Source: Chrysomallon squamiferum (lineage: Eukaryota; Animalia; Mollusca). From it: a stretch of 64,000 nucleotides of DNA. The stretch lies in the NCBI GenBank assembly GCA_012295275.1, contig CM022667.1:5952001-6016000 (forward strand). The letters run 5' to 3'. The translations under genes were made by a program, and so were the position numbers. The notes beneath the pieces are model-generated. The model searched no databases, had not been told where the DNA came from, and saw only the letters and a list, made by a program, of their open reading frames with translations. Positions 38,179 to 50,935 of this stretch are shown here, in pieces (position 1 is the first letter of the stretch; each line of letters opens with the position of its first letter).

Positions 38179-41100
38179 CATTCTTTTCATGCCTATTGTT
38201 TTCTTTTTTCTTACTTTTTTTTTTTTAATTATTAATTATTTAAAAAAATAATATTACCGTAAGTTCAATAGTTCTAATCAGTAATTATAATTAATGTAGA
38301 GCTTAAACATAACCATTAAATAATGCTGATTATAATACAATTAAAGAGAAACCAATTCTAAACTATCACAGCTATGAATTGCAATCAGAAAATTAGTGTA
38401 TTCATGCCCAAAATCAGTACTGATCTGACATTGTTATAGAATGTTCCTGTTTTAAACTGTCAAATGATAATCATCTTTTGTCATTGCCTTTCACATTCAG
38501 ATGGTCCAGACAGTGTCAGACTGAGTCCATCATCACCTGGTACAGTTGCAGAAGGTGACACACTGACAGTTACCTGTACTTCTCTCTGTAATCCTGCATG
38601 TTCCTATTCCTGGTCAATCAACAATCAAATACGTTCTACAACTTCTCAGTTAACTCTGCCACACATCAGTAGACAACAGACAGGTGAAATATATAAATGT
38701 ACAGCAAACAACCCGACTACATCAGTGAAAAAATCTAAACAGTTTCAACTCTATGTTTACTGTAAGTATAATTCAATAAATCTTCTTTGTAGAACATTAT
38801 CTGTTTTCAAACAAACATTTAACCAAATCTGAGAAATATGATTTCAGTCCTACATATTTAGAAGAAATGTTTATCAGAATTGTGAATTGATGTGTTTAGA
38901 ACAAATATTTGAATTAAGCAGTTTTGTTAATTTCACAAATTTATGTATTAGTTATGTCTTAGATCGGAAAAAAGTGTTTTAATGTGTTTGTGTGTATATG
39001 TATTTACTAAAAAAATACAGTTATTATTTTATAAGATATAGTATTCATCTATGCATGTATATATGTAAATGTTTTTCATAGAAATGCTCGAAACTCCATA
39101 TAATAGTACTTTATAATCAATTCTGTATATCACCATTTGTCAGCCATGTAACAAACCATCACAAATATGAATTTCAAAGTGATAAATCATGCTGAAATTT
39201 ACACTTGGTGCATGATGTGTGCTACACTCTCTTTGCCAGTCTAATTTATTTTCATATCAGCTATACCTTCATCTTTTCTCCCCTCTCCTGTTCTTTTTTT
39301 TCCCTTTGCTTTAAAATTACTCACTTTGCATTGCCTTTTTGGTCCTTAGTTACAAATGAATTACACACAGAAATGGAATCATTTTTAGAACTGATGCAAA
39401 CTGACATTCATATGCATGTGTATGATGTTTATAAATTAAGGAACTCTATTTACATATTTACTGTGAATTCTGATTTACCGAACCGAGCTCCCCATTTTGG
39501 GGTTTTATGTGCGTGTATATGATCCTGGGTGAAAGATCTTACACATACATATACAGAAAGGTGTATCCCTGTCAAAAGGCCATATGTGACATTACTTATT
39601 TATTTATTTGTTTTTATTGTTATTTTTGATCAAAGTTCATTTATTGAAATTATGGTTATCTTAATTGAGATTAAACTTATTCCCAACGTTTTATTATTAA
39701 TTTTCTTTAATAAAGAAAGAAATGTTCTACTGAAGATAATAGATCATTTGTTACACAGAATGGAATTCACTGGCTATTTCTATATCCAATCCAGTGTCAG
39801 TGACTGGTCTGATGATAACAATGGTAGGTGATGTAGAACTAAAACTCAGTTAAACATTTTGCAATCTATTATAAGTTAATAAAATAATTATCTTGTATAA
39901 AAATATTTCTTTTTCATTTTCCATGCTAAATGCCTGTTAAATATTTTCAACCTTTATGCAGCAGTGTAAACCTTGCAGAAATGGTAGAAAGTCTAACATG
40001 ATTCACTGGTAAGAAAAAAGACCATGTATTTGCAGTGCTCATAAATTGTTTTTAAATAAAAATAGGTTAAATGTAACTGGGATGATAATGTGTTTTACCG
40101 TGACTTAATTTTGCTCATTAATATTCTTCTGTTTGACTTTTCATTTGATGAAATCTTCTCCAAACAATTTTACATCATCCACTTCTTTTCCTACAGACTT
40201 TTCTCTTGAGGATATTCCTTTGAAATAGATCAAAATTGCAGAGATGTTTGAATAGAATCACATAATGTCTGAAAAAGTAAATATTGTCAGTAAACAGAAA
40301 TAGTTTCTCAGATAAATATAGTCTTGTTTTTTAAGCCTGATGTCATCTTGCTGATATAAAAATTATATCTGCACTAATGTTGAATGAAAACAAGTTATAT
40401 GTGAGTGACTGAACATGGGTTCATTTAAAATATATTCCTAATAAAATCGGTATGTATAATTTTATCATTTACCTTGGAAGACAAACACCAGATCTCTTCA
40501 GTCAGACACTACCACTGAACTATGAGCTGCATTCTGATGTCCCTATTATGAGACATGATAAAAGTTATATAAATATGGTGAAATAAGAACAGAAATGCAT
40601 CAAAACATAAATATATTAGCACATGACAGGCATCATAGAAAATAATTATCTTCTTGCATGGTATTTGGAGTTACTCAGCACTGCTGGCTTTAATATGTTC
40701 AAATATATGAAATGACACAAAAATGCCTATAATCTGTCAAGTTCACCCAAATGGAACATTATTAATGTTTTGTATTTAATCATTTTAGTTTATTAATACT
40801 TTCTTGAGCACATGTCTTCTTTACCAACGTCACAGAATTGTCTGACAGATTAAGATTGTTGGGGTTTTGTTGTTCTTTTGGGGGCTGTTTTTCAGCACAG
40901 TCTTGATACTATTTATATGCTATTTTACTATTAAATATCAAACAAAATTGTAATAGGTCCAAAAGCCTAATTTGTTTTTATTCCTGTTCTAAAACCCAAG
41001 AGATATGACTTGCACATGTGCATTTAAATGACTCTTTCATCAGAAATAAAATGGATCTGAAATAGCTATAATATCAAAAATAATAGTTTACCTGGTATTA

Positions 41101-44100
41101 CTGTTTAATAATAAATACAGGTGAGACTACTATATCACTTGAGTGTAAGTACAACAAGAACACAGCATGTAAAATAACTGTAATATTAAAAATAATAGAT
41201 ATACCTGATATTTAATAATAATTACAGGTGATGGTACTACAACACTTGACTGTATGGGTGGTGGACAACAAGGACACAGTACACAGTTGGTGTGTAAAAT
41301 AACTTGTTCAGTCACCAGTGGAATCATCTTCATAGCACCAGGAGGAAGACAAGTTGTAACGTGTAATAAACTCAACAATGACTGTTTTGGATCACCTGGT
41401 TACTCTGCTGTTATTGACTCACAAACACAGATAACTCTATCTATTGAGTCTTTCAACACTGATACAGATGTTGGAACATGGACATGTCAGGATGGAGGTG
41501 ATGGAAATCCATCAACTTGTACCGAAACTAAATTATGTGAGTTTAACACGTTTCGTTTTGTGTTGGTGTTTGTATTAGCAGTAGAGTAGAAAATATTAAA
41601 TGAAATCTCCTTAATTTTGTTTATTTCGTCTGATAATGTAAATTAATTTTCTAAAAGTATAACACATTGTTCTGGTGGAATGTCATAGATTTCTGTACAT
41701 AGGTGTATGAATGTTGTGGAAAGATAATGATAGTTTTCATTTATACCACATCAGAAATACTGTCACCCAGTGTGAAATATCACAGTGCTGTGCTGCTTAG
41801 ATCTACAATGAGTATGGCTGCAAGATATTGTTCTTCTGTTACGTAGTTGATGTCACAATTTTCCAGGATTGTTTGCTGAGTCTTTTTGTCTTTTTAAATC
41901 TCATCTGTGATGACAGTTTTACTTTGGGTAACACCTTTCCTCAGACCTTCCACAATTAACACAAATACACACATTTATTCTTGATTTTTGCTTTTGCAAA
42001 ATAGTTTAGTTGAATCAATATTTTAAGCATGAATAGCTTTAAGCCTTTAGTACAAGTAATTATTATTAATTTTTTTTTTAAACTACTTGGTTCTAAAAAT
42101 CCATTAAACACAGAAAATTAAACCTCTACTTTTTTTATACATTCGATATTAATCATTAAATTTTTATCTATATTTAAAATATCATAAGCAACTAGCATTA
42201 GATTCAGTATTTTATTATTATTATTTTACCTTTTTATTACTACTTTTTGTTTCAGTATATTCAACTTAATATCTGTTGAATATTTACACGTTTCAGATAT
42301 TGCTGAATAAACACAATTTGTTTGTTTTTTGTTTTTGTTTTTGTTTCTCTTTCATGTTTAGAGTGTTAAAATGGTAACAATGGATTTTACACTTCTGAAT
42401 TTACCTGCACAGTTATAAGTATATTGTGCTTTCACTCATCACAGATTCTGAAGTATAAACTATACAATAAAAACTATTTTTTAATATATTTTTTTATGCA
42501 ATTTCCTCATTGTGTTTTACTTCAGATGGTCCAGTGTCAGACTGAGTCCATCATCACCTGGTAGAGTTGTAGAAGGCGACCCACTGACAGTTACCTGTAC
42601 TTCTCTCTGTAATCCTACAGAAGAATAAGACACTTTCTACAATTTCTCAGTTAACTCTGACACACATCAGTAGACAGCAGACAGGTGAAATATATAAATG
42701 TACAGCAAACAACCCAACTACATCAGTGAAAAAATCTAAACAGTTTCAACTCTATGTTTACTGTAAGTATAATTCAATAATGCTACTTTGTAGAACATTA
42801 TCTGGTTTCAAACAAACATTTAACCAAATCTGAGAAATATGATTTCAGTTCTACATATTTAGAAGAAATGTTTATCAGAATTGTGAATTGATGTGTTTAA
42901 AACAAATATTTGAATTAAGCAGTTTTGTTAATTTCACAAATTTATGTATTAGTTATGTCTGAGATCAGAAAAAAACTGTTTTAATGTTTTTGTGTGTATA
43001 TGTATTTACTAAAAAAATACAGTTATTATTTTATAAGATATAGTATTCATCTATGCATGTATATATGTAAATGTTTTTCATAGAAATGCTCGAAACTCCA
43101 TATAATAGTACTTTATAATCAATTCTGTATATCACCATTTGTCAGCCATGTAACAAACCATCACAAATATGAATTTCAAAGTGATAAATCATGCTGAAAT
43201 TTACACTTGGTGCATGATGTGTGCTACACTCTCTTTGCCAGTCTAATTTATTTTCATATCAGCTATACCTTCATCTTTTCTCCCCTCTCCTGTTCTTTTT
43301 TTTCCCTTTGCTTTAAAATTACTCACTTTGCATTGCCTTTTTGGTCCTTAGTTACAAATGAATTACACACAGAAATGGAATCATTTTTAGAACTGATGCA
43401 AACTGACATTCATATGCATGTGTATGATGTTTATAAATTAAGGAAGTCTATTTACATATTGACTGTGTATTGACTATTTACATATGGACATATTTATGTA
43501 TTTATATATGTAAAACAAGTATTTGAACTTAGTAGCTTTGTCAATTTCACAAACTTGCTGTGTCAGAAATAAGAAGGAAAACATAAGAAGAATTTTTAAT
43601 TTTGAAGTATTCATGTATTATGTATGTATGTATGTATGTGTGTGTGTTTGTATATATATATATACATAGATCACATTAATTTCTACTTTAGATGGACCAG
43701 ACAGAGTAAAAGTAAACGTGAGTTCTGCACTGACAGTACAGGAAGGTGATGATGTGGCTGTGTTGTGTGAAGCAGATTGTCGTACATCTTGTTCTTTCAC
43801 GTGGAAGTTTAAAACTCACACAAAGTCTACAAGTGCTGTGTTGACTTTAAATGATGTAGACAAGTCACAGGCTGGTGTCTACACGTGTACAGCTGTCAAC
43901 AAAAACACAAACAAATCAAATTACACAACACTTACACTGGATGTCCTGTGTGAGTTTATTTTATTAATTAATAACTTTAATTTCATTCATTAATACTGCT
44001 TTTATTAGGATGAGAAAAGTCTAACCACACTGTTATAATCATGCCAGTGTAAAAGAAAAATAACATTAATATTGTGGACGTGTTTGTGCCTGTGTGTGTG

Positions 44101-46541
44101 TGTGATATAGTTAAGTTCTATTCATTTTTCAATGCAGTCTTTTGTGTTTATTTCGTATGAAAAATATTTTCAAGTAATTTTGCTATGGTGGCTGGAACAC
44201 AAGACAGAATAATTATTTTATTTAGTTGATTTTTTTTTTGTTTGTTTAAGAAGAAAGAAACAGAAACAAACAAACAAACAAAAAGAAAAAAACAAGAACA
44301 ACTTATAAATATAAAAAATGTATGAAAAGGTTTCTCTTTTCCTAAACTCACAATGTGTCTTTCAGTTAAAATCTGTGAAAGTTATATATTTAGTTAAAAT
44401 TCATTGAATTTATAATTCCAAATATTACATTAGAAGTTAGATTTTCTATCAATCCCCATAAATGTGTCTCTGTGTGGATGATATGGTTTTAAACTTAACA
44501 TATTATTATTAGTTAGTCATAATTTTTTTACCTATTCATTATTAATTTAAATAGTAATAATAACCTGTCTACAATATATTTTTCTATGAATTTAACTTAT
44601 ATTATAGATCAGACTTCAATAACTTCTTTCACTTTAAACTCAAAGTCTACAAAGATAACAGTTGATGAACTGACTCCTATGTCTCTGAGATGTGAAGTTG
44701 ACAGTAATCCAGCATCTCACATCAAACTGTTAAACAACTCACACATTCTACGTGAAGTGAAAAACTCCAAGTCAGTGGAGTACAGCTGGAATGAAGCTGG
44801 ATGTCTGGATACAGGATTTTATGTATTTGTGAAGCAGGAAACAACATCAAGTCTGATGTCAGTCAAAGTGTGCAGCTTCATGTTTCATGTATGTAATGTT
44901 GTAATATAATTTGTACTAGTTTAATAATATTGAAAGATATCAACGAAAATATGGGTCATTCTATGTCACATTAAGTTGAAATCTGATCTGAAATGCTACA
45001 TTGAAAAGAAGTAAAAAATGAATGGGTGTTATTCGTTTATTTTATTTTTTTTGAATTTTTTTTTTAGTAATCTTTTTTTATTATTATTATTCATAATGAA
45101 ATAATAAGAAAGTACACTCCACATAATATTTTTGTAATTTAAATCAGCTCCATTTTAATTAATAAAATATTAAAATGAAAATACTTTGTTATTTTGAAAT
45201 CATCTTTATTGTTATTTAAAAAAAAGAGTAAAATATCAATAAGTACATCAAAAAAAAATGTCATTGTTATGTCTTGCTATTTTATATGATAAATTACTGC
45301 TATAATAGAGTTAAATTTGTATAAGCAAATATTTGTCTCAATACGGTCCTTATTGATAACAGTAATCACTAGTTTCACTTTTTCAGGTTCACCAAGACTG
45401 GATCATGGAGTTTCATTACAGGACAAATTTGCTGCTGTAGAAGGTGGAAATGTAACTCTCCACATTTCTGTGATTGCCAATCCAGTTCCAACATTTACCT
45501 GGTATAAACTCACAGATGTAAACAATAAAAGTCTTGGATCTACACAACCTGTAAACACTACAAATGTGTCTGCTGTAGGTGAATATAAACTGACAAATGT
45601 CAAACAAGAAGATTTTGGAATCTATCAGGTTGTTGTGTCAAATGGAGGTTCCAGGAAGGATATTGTCTTTAATTTATCTCATTTCTCAGTCAAATACAAA
45701 AAAAATAGAGTTGGAATGAAAAATATCTATCCCACACACACACCTATTATCTACTTAGACTTACTGTTACAGTTTCAGATGTTTTCATTTATTATTATGT
45801 GCTGAAATATAGCAACGTTTGTGTCTGAAATATTTAGCTGTTTTTTTTTGATCATTATGTATATCCTTATTTGAAAATAGGCAGATAGATAGATATTGCA
45901 TAATATCGATAGTGCTTAAACAAAACTGATTGTTCACTAGTTTCTGTTTCTAACTATTTTGTTACGTTCTAAACTTCGAAGGTCCTCCAACTGTTCCCTC
46001 TGATGTGAGAACTTGGATCACTGGTCCACATTCAGTGTCAGTGTCTTGGACAGAAGAATTCAATGGAGGATCACAACAAACATTTCTTGTACAGTATCGA
46101 GCAGACACAACATCTGAGTGGACAAATCTCACTGAACAGTTTGGTGAAAAAGGTCTTCACACAAATCACACAGCAGAGATTTCTAGTTTACAACCAAACA
46201 CCAGATATCTGATTCGAATTTTAGCTTTTAATGAATTTGGATTCAAAATCTCAACGAATGAACAGCATCTTATAATCTATGGTAAGAAAGCAACAACGTG
46301 AATTTATGTTTTCTAACTGATTCGTGCAACTATGAATCTTCATTTACAAAGTTATTAATGTAGAACACGAATAAACAACTATACTGGAGAGTTTAAAAAT
46401 GCCCTTCTTGTTATCATAGTAAATCTCAGCTAACACAGTATATATATAATTTTAATATATTTTTGTATCTGTCTATATATATCTATATATATATTTGTCA
46501 TATATATATTCACACACACACATATATATATACACAGATAA

Positions 46542-46580
<39 letters not shown>

Positions 46581-46585
46581 TAAAC

Positions 46586-46624
<39 letters not shown>

Positions 46625-48093
46625 ACCACAGATTAATAGACAGATAAATTAAAAATGTATTATCTGAAACCAACTTGCTGTATATTTTATAAGATATTTA
46701 CACGTTCTTTTTCATTTATTTAATCTTCAGAATTTTCGCAAGAAAAAGTCGGTTTACTAGGAACAGGAATTGGTATTGGAATTGGAATATTACTGGGAAT
46801 AGAACTTTTCATTGGGGCAATCGTTTTCTTTTTCTGCTGGAAGAGAAAAGGTAAACTTTACAAGGAAACTGAAAACATTATTTTACAAATAATGAATACT
46901 GTGCTTTGCTTCGTTCTCTCAACTTTTTTAATATTATAAATTCTGTTTGTCAAAACAAAGAAGTAACATTTATAAACAAATATTAATAAGGGTTATTTCG
47001 CATTTCTAATATTCTGAATATTTATTTTTTATTTTAGAAAAGTCTAAGAGTGAGAACACGTACACATCAAGGTAAGCTATGAAAATTTAAGGAAGAAATA
47101 GAAAAACAATGTGTCAGTCGTTTTCGTTTTAACTGAAAAATAGATATTATGCTAATTAGTCAAAAGGGTATTTGGAAAAGAAAAGAAATTATTACGGACG
47201 AAAAACTATACACACGTAGGTATTCATGCACGTACACACACACAGATGTGAAATAGATTAAATAAACCAAAATTCAATAATTCTCGAGTTCTCTATGTTT
47301 TGTTTGTTTCAGACAGTTTAACACTGGAGTACAGGAATCATCTCTGTATGACGATCTTCAACAAAGTCAAGGTCAGTATATAAATACAAAGTGTAAAAGA
47401 TTCAAGAGTTTCTGTGATGCTGCCTGTTAAATACAAAGTGTAAAAGATTAAAGAGTTTCTGTGATGCTGCTTGTTAAATCAGAAACATGCTGTGTGTCTG
47501 CTTTCTTTGTTTTCAGAATAACTGAGAGATACCTAAAGTTCAAAATCTTATTTTATTGTTCTAATATTAAATAACTAACATATAAAGGATTTGATCAGGA
47601 ATTGTGGTAGAGAATAAAGGGATAAATCTACAACAAAAAATAAATTAAAAATAATAATAAACATAAATATTTACACTTCATTTGTTTTTATGATTTAGCT
47701 GATATTTTTAAAATGAAGGAAAATGATCAGTAGAAGTATACATTGTTTAAGTTTTATATTAACATTTATTGTTTTTAATTTGCTTATGAAATGTAATTTG
47801 TGAGAATTAAAAAGGAACAACAAGCAAACAGAATAAAATAACACAACAGATAAGTTATTATTTTAAATATTATTAGTGATCTCAAGTACAGCGAGAACAA
47901 ACTGTGTTACTTATTGTTTTAGTTTTTTATACTACTAGTTTAATTATATTCTGTGTGACTGTATAATCAAGACTATTTTTCAGATACTGACAGAAACACA
48001 GATACTACAAACAATTACTCATCACTGGAAGCTAGCAAGGACTCACCATACTCAGTACTCACTGTCTATGAAAACTCACAAGTAACAGGTTGA
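36420..48093 (+). CDS. Gene E (5' end in gap): V2a-Ig2-V2b-(disabled Ig2)-Ig3-Ig4-Ig5-FN3-TM(Glu)-tail; lesions indicate a pseudogene or consensus errors
   Basis: Exons: V2a <36420-36673, Ig2 38501-38761, V2b 41228-41536, disabled Ig2 42526-42762, Ig3 43692-43949, Ig4 44608-44888 (281 nt, +2 frameshift near 44822), Ig5 from 45387 (donor destroyed near 45690), FN3 45982-46281, TM 46731-46850, tail1 47038-47071, tail2 47313-47371, last 47984-48093 (TGA). Close paralogue of D. Confidence 0.7.
42526..42762 (+). pseudogene. Disabled second copy of the Ig2 exon
   Basis: Acceptor and donor retained, but a 4-nt deletion gives Y-G-P-V-S-D-TGA, and a second net 20-nt deletion removes CSYSW, relative to 38501-38761. 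Confidence 0.85.
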
Positions 48094-48255
48094 ATTCACA
48101 TGTTTTGTTTGAGTCTTGTATTTCATATTAGTTTATTTAAAGAACAGTGATGTGAATGACACTGAACTAATGTCTGACATTTGAGGATATTTTCGGATTA
48201 AGTAACATCTATAGAAATACCTGAATTGTACACATGTTTGACTCTGTGCCTGGTT

Positions 48256-48341
<86 letters not shown>

Positions 48342-49329
48342 TTATACAGAAATATATGAGTAAAACGGCTTTATTATGTAATTTCAAATGAAGAGAATCT
48401 TTATGTATCGCGTTTTGTTTTGTTATTACTATGTAGATTCACAAACCCTATTACAGTATTATAATAATTGACAGAACAGTGTGTGATAGAAATAATAATA
48501 ACAAAATAACAGTGTAATAAAAACAGAAAAATAAACGAAAATAATCTAACTAAATAAATAAATGAATTTTTCTTTTTACATTTCACTTCATGATCTTCTC
48601 TGTGATCTTTCATGTACAATGAAAGAGGAAAAAAATGAATGATTTCATATGTAATCTGTAAGAGAAATACTTTTAATTTCTTATTTTGATCTGAATAGTA
48701 ATATGTATTTTAAAAGCATAAATACCATATCAACTAATTATCACTATTTGATAAATATAGATATGCTGACGTTAAAATAAAAATAAAAAACTTAATGTGC
48801 ATAGTAATTAATCAACAGAACAGAATATGCTGATTAATTACTTGTCTAAATATTCAGTTTATATCATAATTCATTTCCGTTTTTACTTAAGAATTCCTAT
48901 TATTATTATAATAATTTAAAAAGTTCAATTAAAATTTGTGAGGAATTATAAGAGAAATGGGTAAAATTAGATCACGTAGTAAACCTGACTTTCACACTGG
49001 CTATAAATTAGGAAATTGTAACAGAGGAAAGTTGGCATGATGTTTTACAAAATCACAAACAGATTACAAAGTAACCCTACTGCACTACTTCTCCACTTAA
49101 TAAATTATGTACAGTGTGTTCTTGTACTGATTACTTAACAGTTTGCTTTAGCTTTGACTTATAACTATGTTGTAAACAAATAAATCTGATTTAGAAAACA
49201 TTACGTTATTCGCAAACTAGGCAGTCGAGAAGGGCTCTGATTCCATCGACAGTTTTGAAAAAATAAATTCAATTTAACTGAGGGTAGGTTTTCATTCTGG
49301 TTTATTTCAAGCAAGAACAAATAATCGGG

Positions 49330-49960
49330 TTGTTTATATCTGGCCGAAACTCCAGGTTCACAAGAACAAACAAAACTAGTGAGTGAAAATCGAGCGTACA
49401 CCAAACTTTCAGGAGTGTTTTTTATAGGTCAGAATTTTGTTTATAGAATCTCGCATATACGAAACTTTCAGTTTGCTGCGAAAACCAAACTGAGGGCGGT
49501 AACTGCTTATTTTAATGGTATAAACAAGGAAAACAATGTCTTGTGTGGGGTATGTAAATATCTGTCATAGAAATATCTTACCTCTAGAGATCGCATAGGA
49601 CGTTGAAAATAAATTGTTTTACAAATATTGTCTGGTACATATCAAGTGGCAATAATTTAAATGTGGAACACGCGAGTGTGGTCTGCACAGGACGAGTTCT
49701 GTTGTGTTAATGTTTGTGTATTTATAGTAGTCTGCTGTCACTCGTAGATATTTTCTTATCACCTCAGTGGTTACAACTATTTAGAAGTAATAATTATTTA
49801 CAGCGCTGTGCATCGTGGAACAAAAGTGTGCAGTAACAACAGCAAAACAGAATAGTAGATGAAAAAAATCTAAAACCGAAACGAGATTAACATCTGAACG
49901 GGTGCGACTCAGTTGTTTAATTTACTTCCTGGAACCCGGCAAAAAACGTTTGTGAGTCTC
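49330..49960 (+). promoter_or_regulatory. Putative promoter and non-coding first exon of gene F
   Basis: Reverse-complement homologue of 29720-30400. IRF-like aaaaccgaaac 49872-49882, ETS core acttcctgg 49924-49932, GTGAGT donor at about 49952. Confidence 0.5.
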
Positions 49961-49984
49961 TTGTTTTTTTTAATGTGTTATAGC

Positions 49985-50160
49985 AACAAATAGATTTATT
50001 ATTGTTTTTACTTAATTAAGCAGTTGAAATATCAACAAATAGATTTGTTATTGTTTTTACTTCATTAAGCAGTTGAAATAACAACAAATAGATTTGTTAT
50101 TGTTTTTACTTCATTAAGCAGTTGAAATATCAACAAATAGATTTATTATTGTTTTTACTT
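49985..50160. repeat. 49-bp tandem repeat, about 3.5 copies, intron 1 of gene F
   Basis: aaatagattt recurs at 49988, 50037, 50086 and 50135. Fewer copies at the paralogous site in gene C (about 29625-29705). Confidence 0.85.
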
Positions 50161-50935
50161 CTGTAAACAATTGAATTTTTATACCATTTAGTTTGAAGAG
50201 TTCTCTGGAGACTTTTTGTTGTGGGGGGGGGGTTTCCTTGTTGAATATGACAGGCAGAAACGCGTTCAGAGGTAACAAGTTATGTAGGTCAGTGTTACTC
50301 TGTTCTATATTTAGAAAGTGTTTGTTCAAATGTGACTGACAGTAAACAGTTACTTAAAAGGAATATCTGCATCTTGAATAATTTATCATAATACTTTGGA
50401 GTTAACCGGTGTATGAAGTTCAGGTATCGCTAATCTCATGTTCTTTAAAATATCTGAACAGGAGTAAATGTTAAAACGATAAACCACTAAAGAGATATTA
50501 ATTTTCTAATTCGTATTCTACAAATATGATACTGAGTGTACTAACAAATATTTGAATAAATCGTGGTCTATTATAAACTATTATAAATTTTCTTAAATTT
50601 CAGATAGTAGTGTTAGTTTATTTATTTACTTCTTGTTTACTTACAATTGTTATGGGTCAATGAGTCCATGAAACTTAGGTAAACCTAATATCATGTCTGT
50701 TTTCATTATCGTAACAGGAGTAAAGGTAAAAAAGATAACCCAGTAAAGAGATAGTAGTTTTCTAACATGTATTCTATGAGTGCGATACTGGGTGAGCTAA
50801 AAATATTTGAATAAATCTTGATCTGCGATAGAATATAAGTATAAAGTTCTTGTTTAAATTTCAGATAGTACTATTAGTTTATTTATTTACTTCTTGTTTA
50901 CTTACAAGTTATTATCTGTTTGTTTTCAGGTTGCA

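Noticed and set aside
39529-39831. 100-aa ORF (copy at 54700-55002) as an independent gene or endonuclease relic
   Set aside because: Non-ATG start, low-complexity hydrophobic composition, only a vague IDH...SD resemblance; it recurs simply because it lies in the 15-kb duplication.
31518-48093. Genuine large inverted repeat with D and E as arms
   Set aside because: Both orientation switches coincide with scaffold gaps, and flipping the middle contig restores colinear gene structure. Not supportable without spanning reads.
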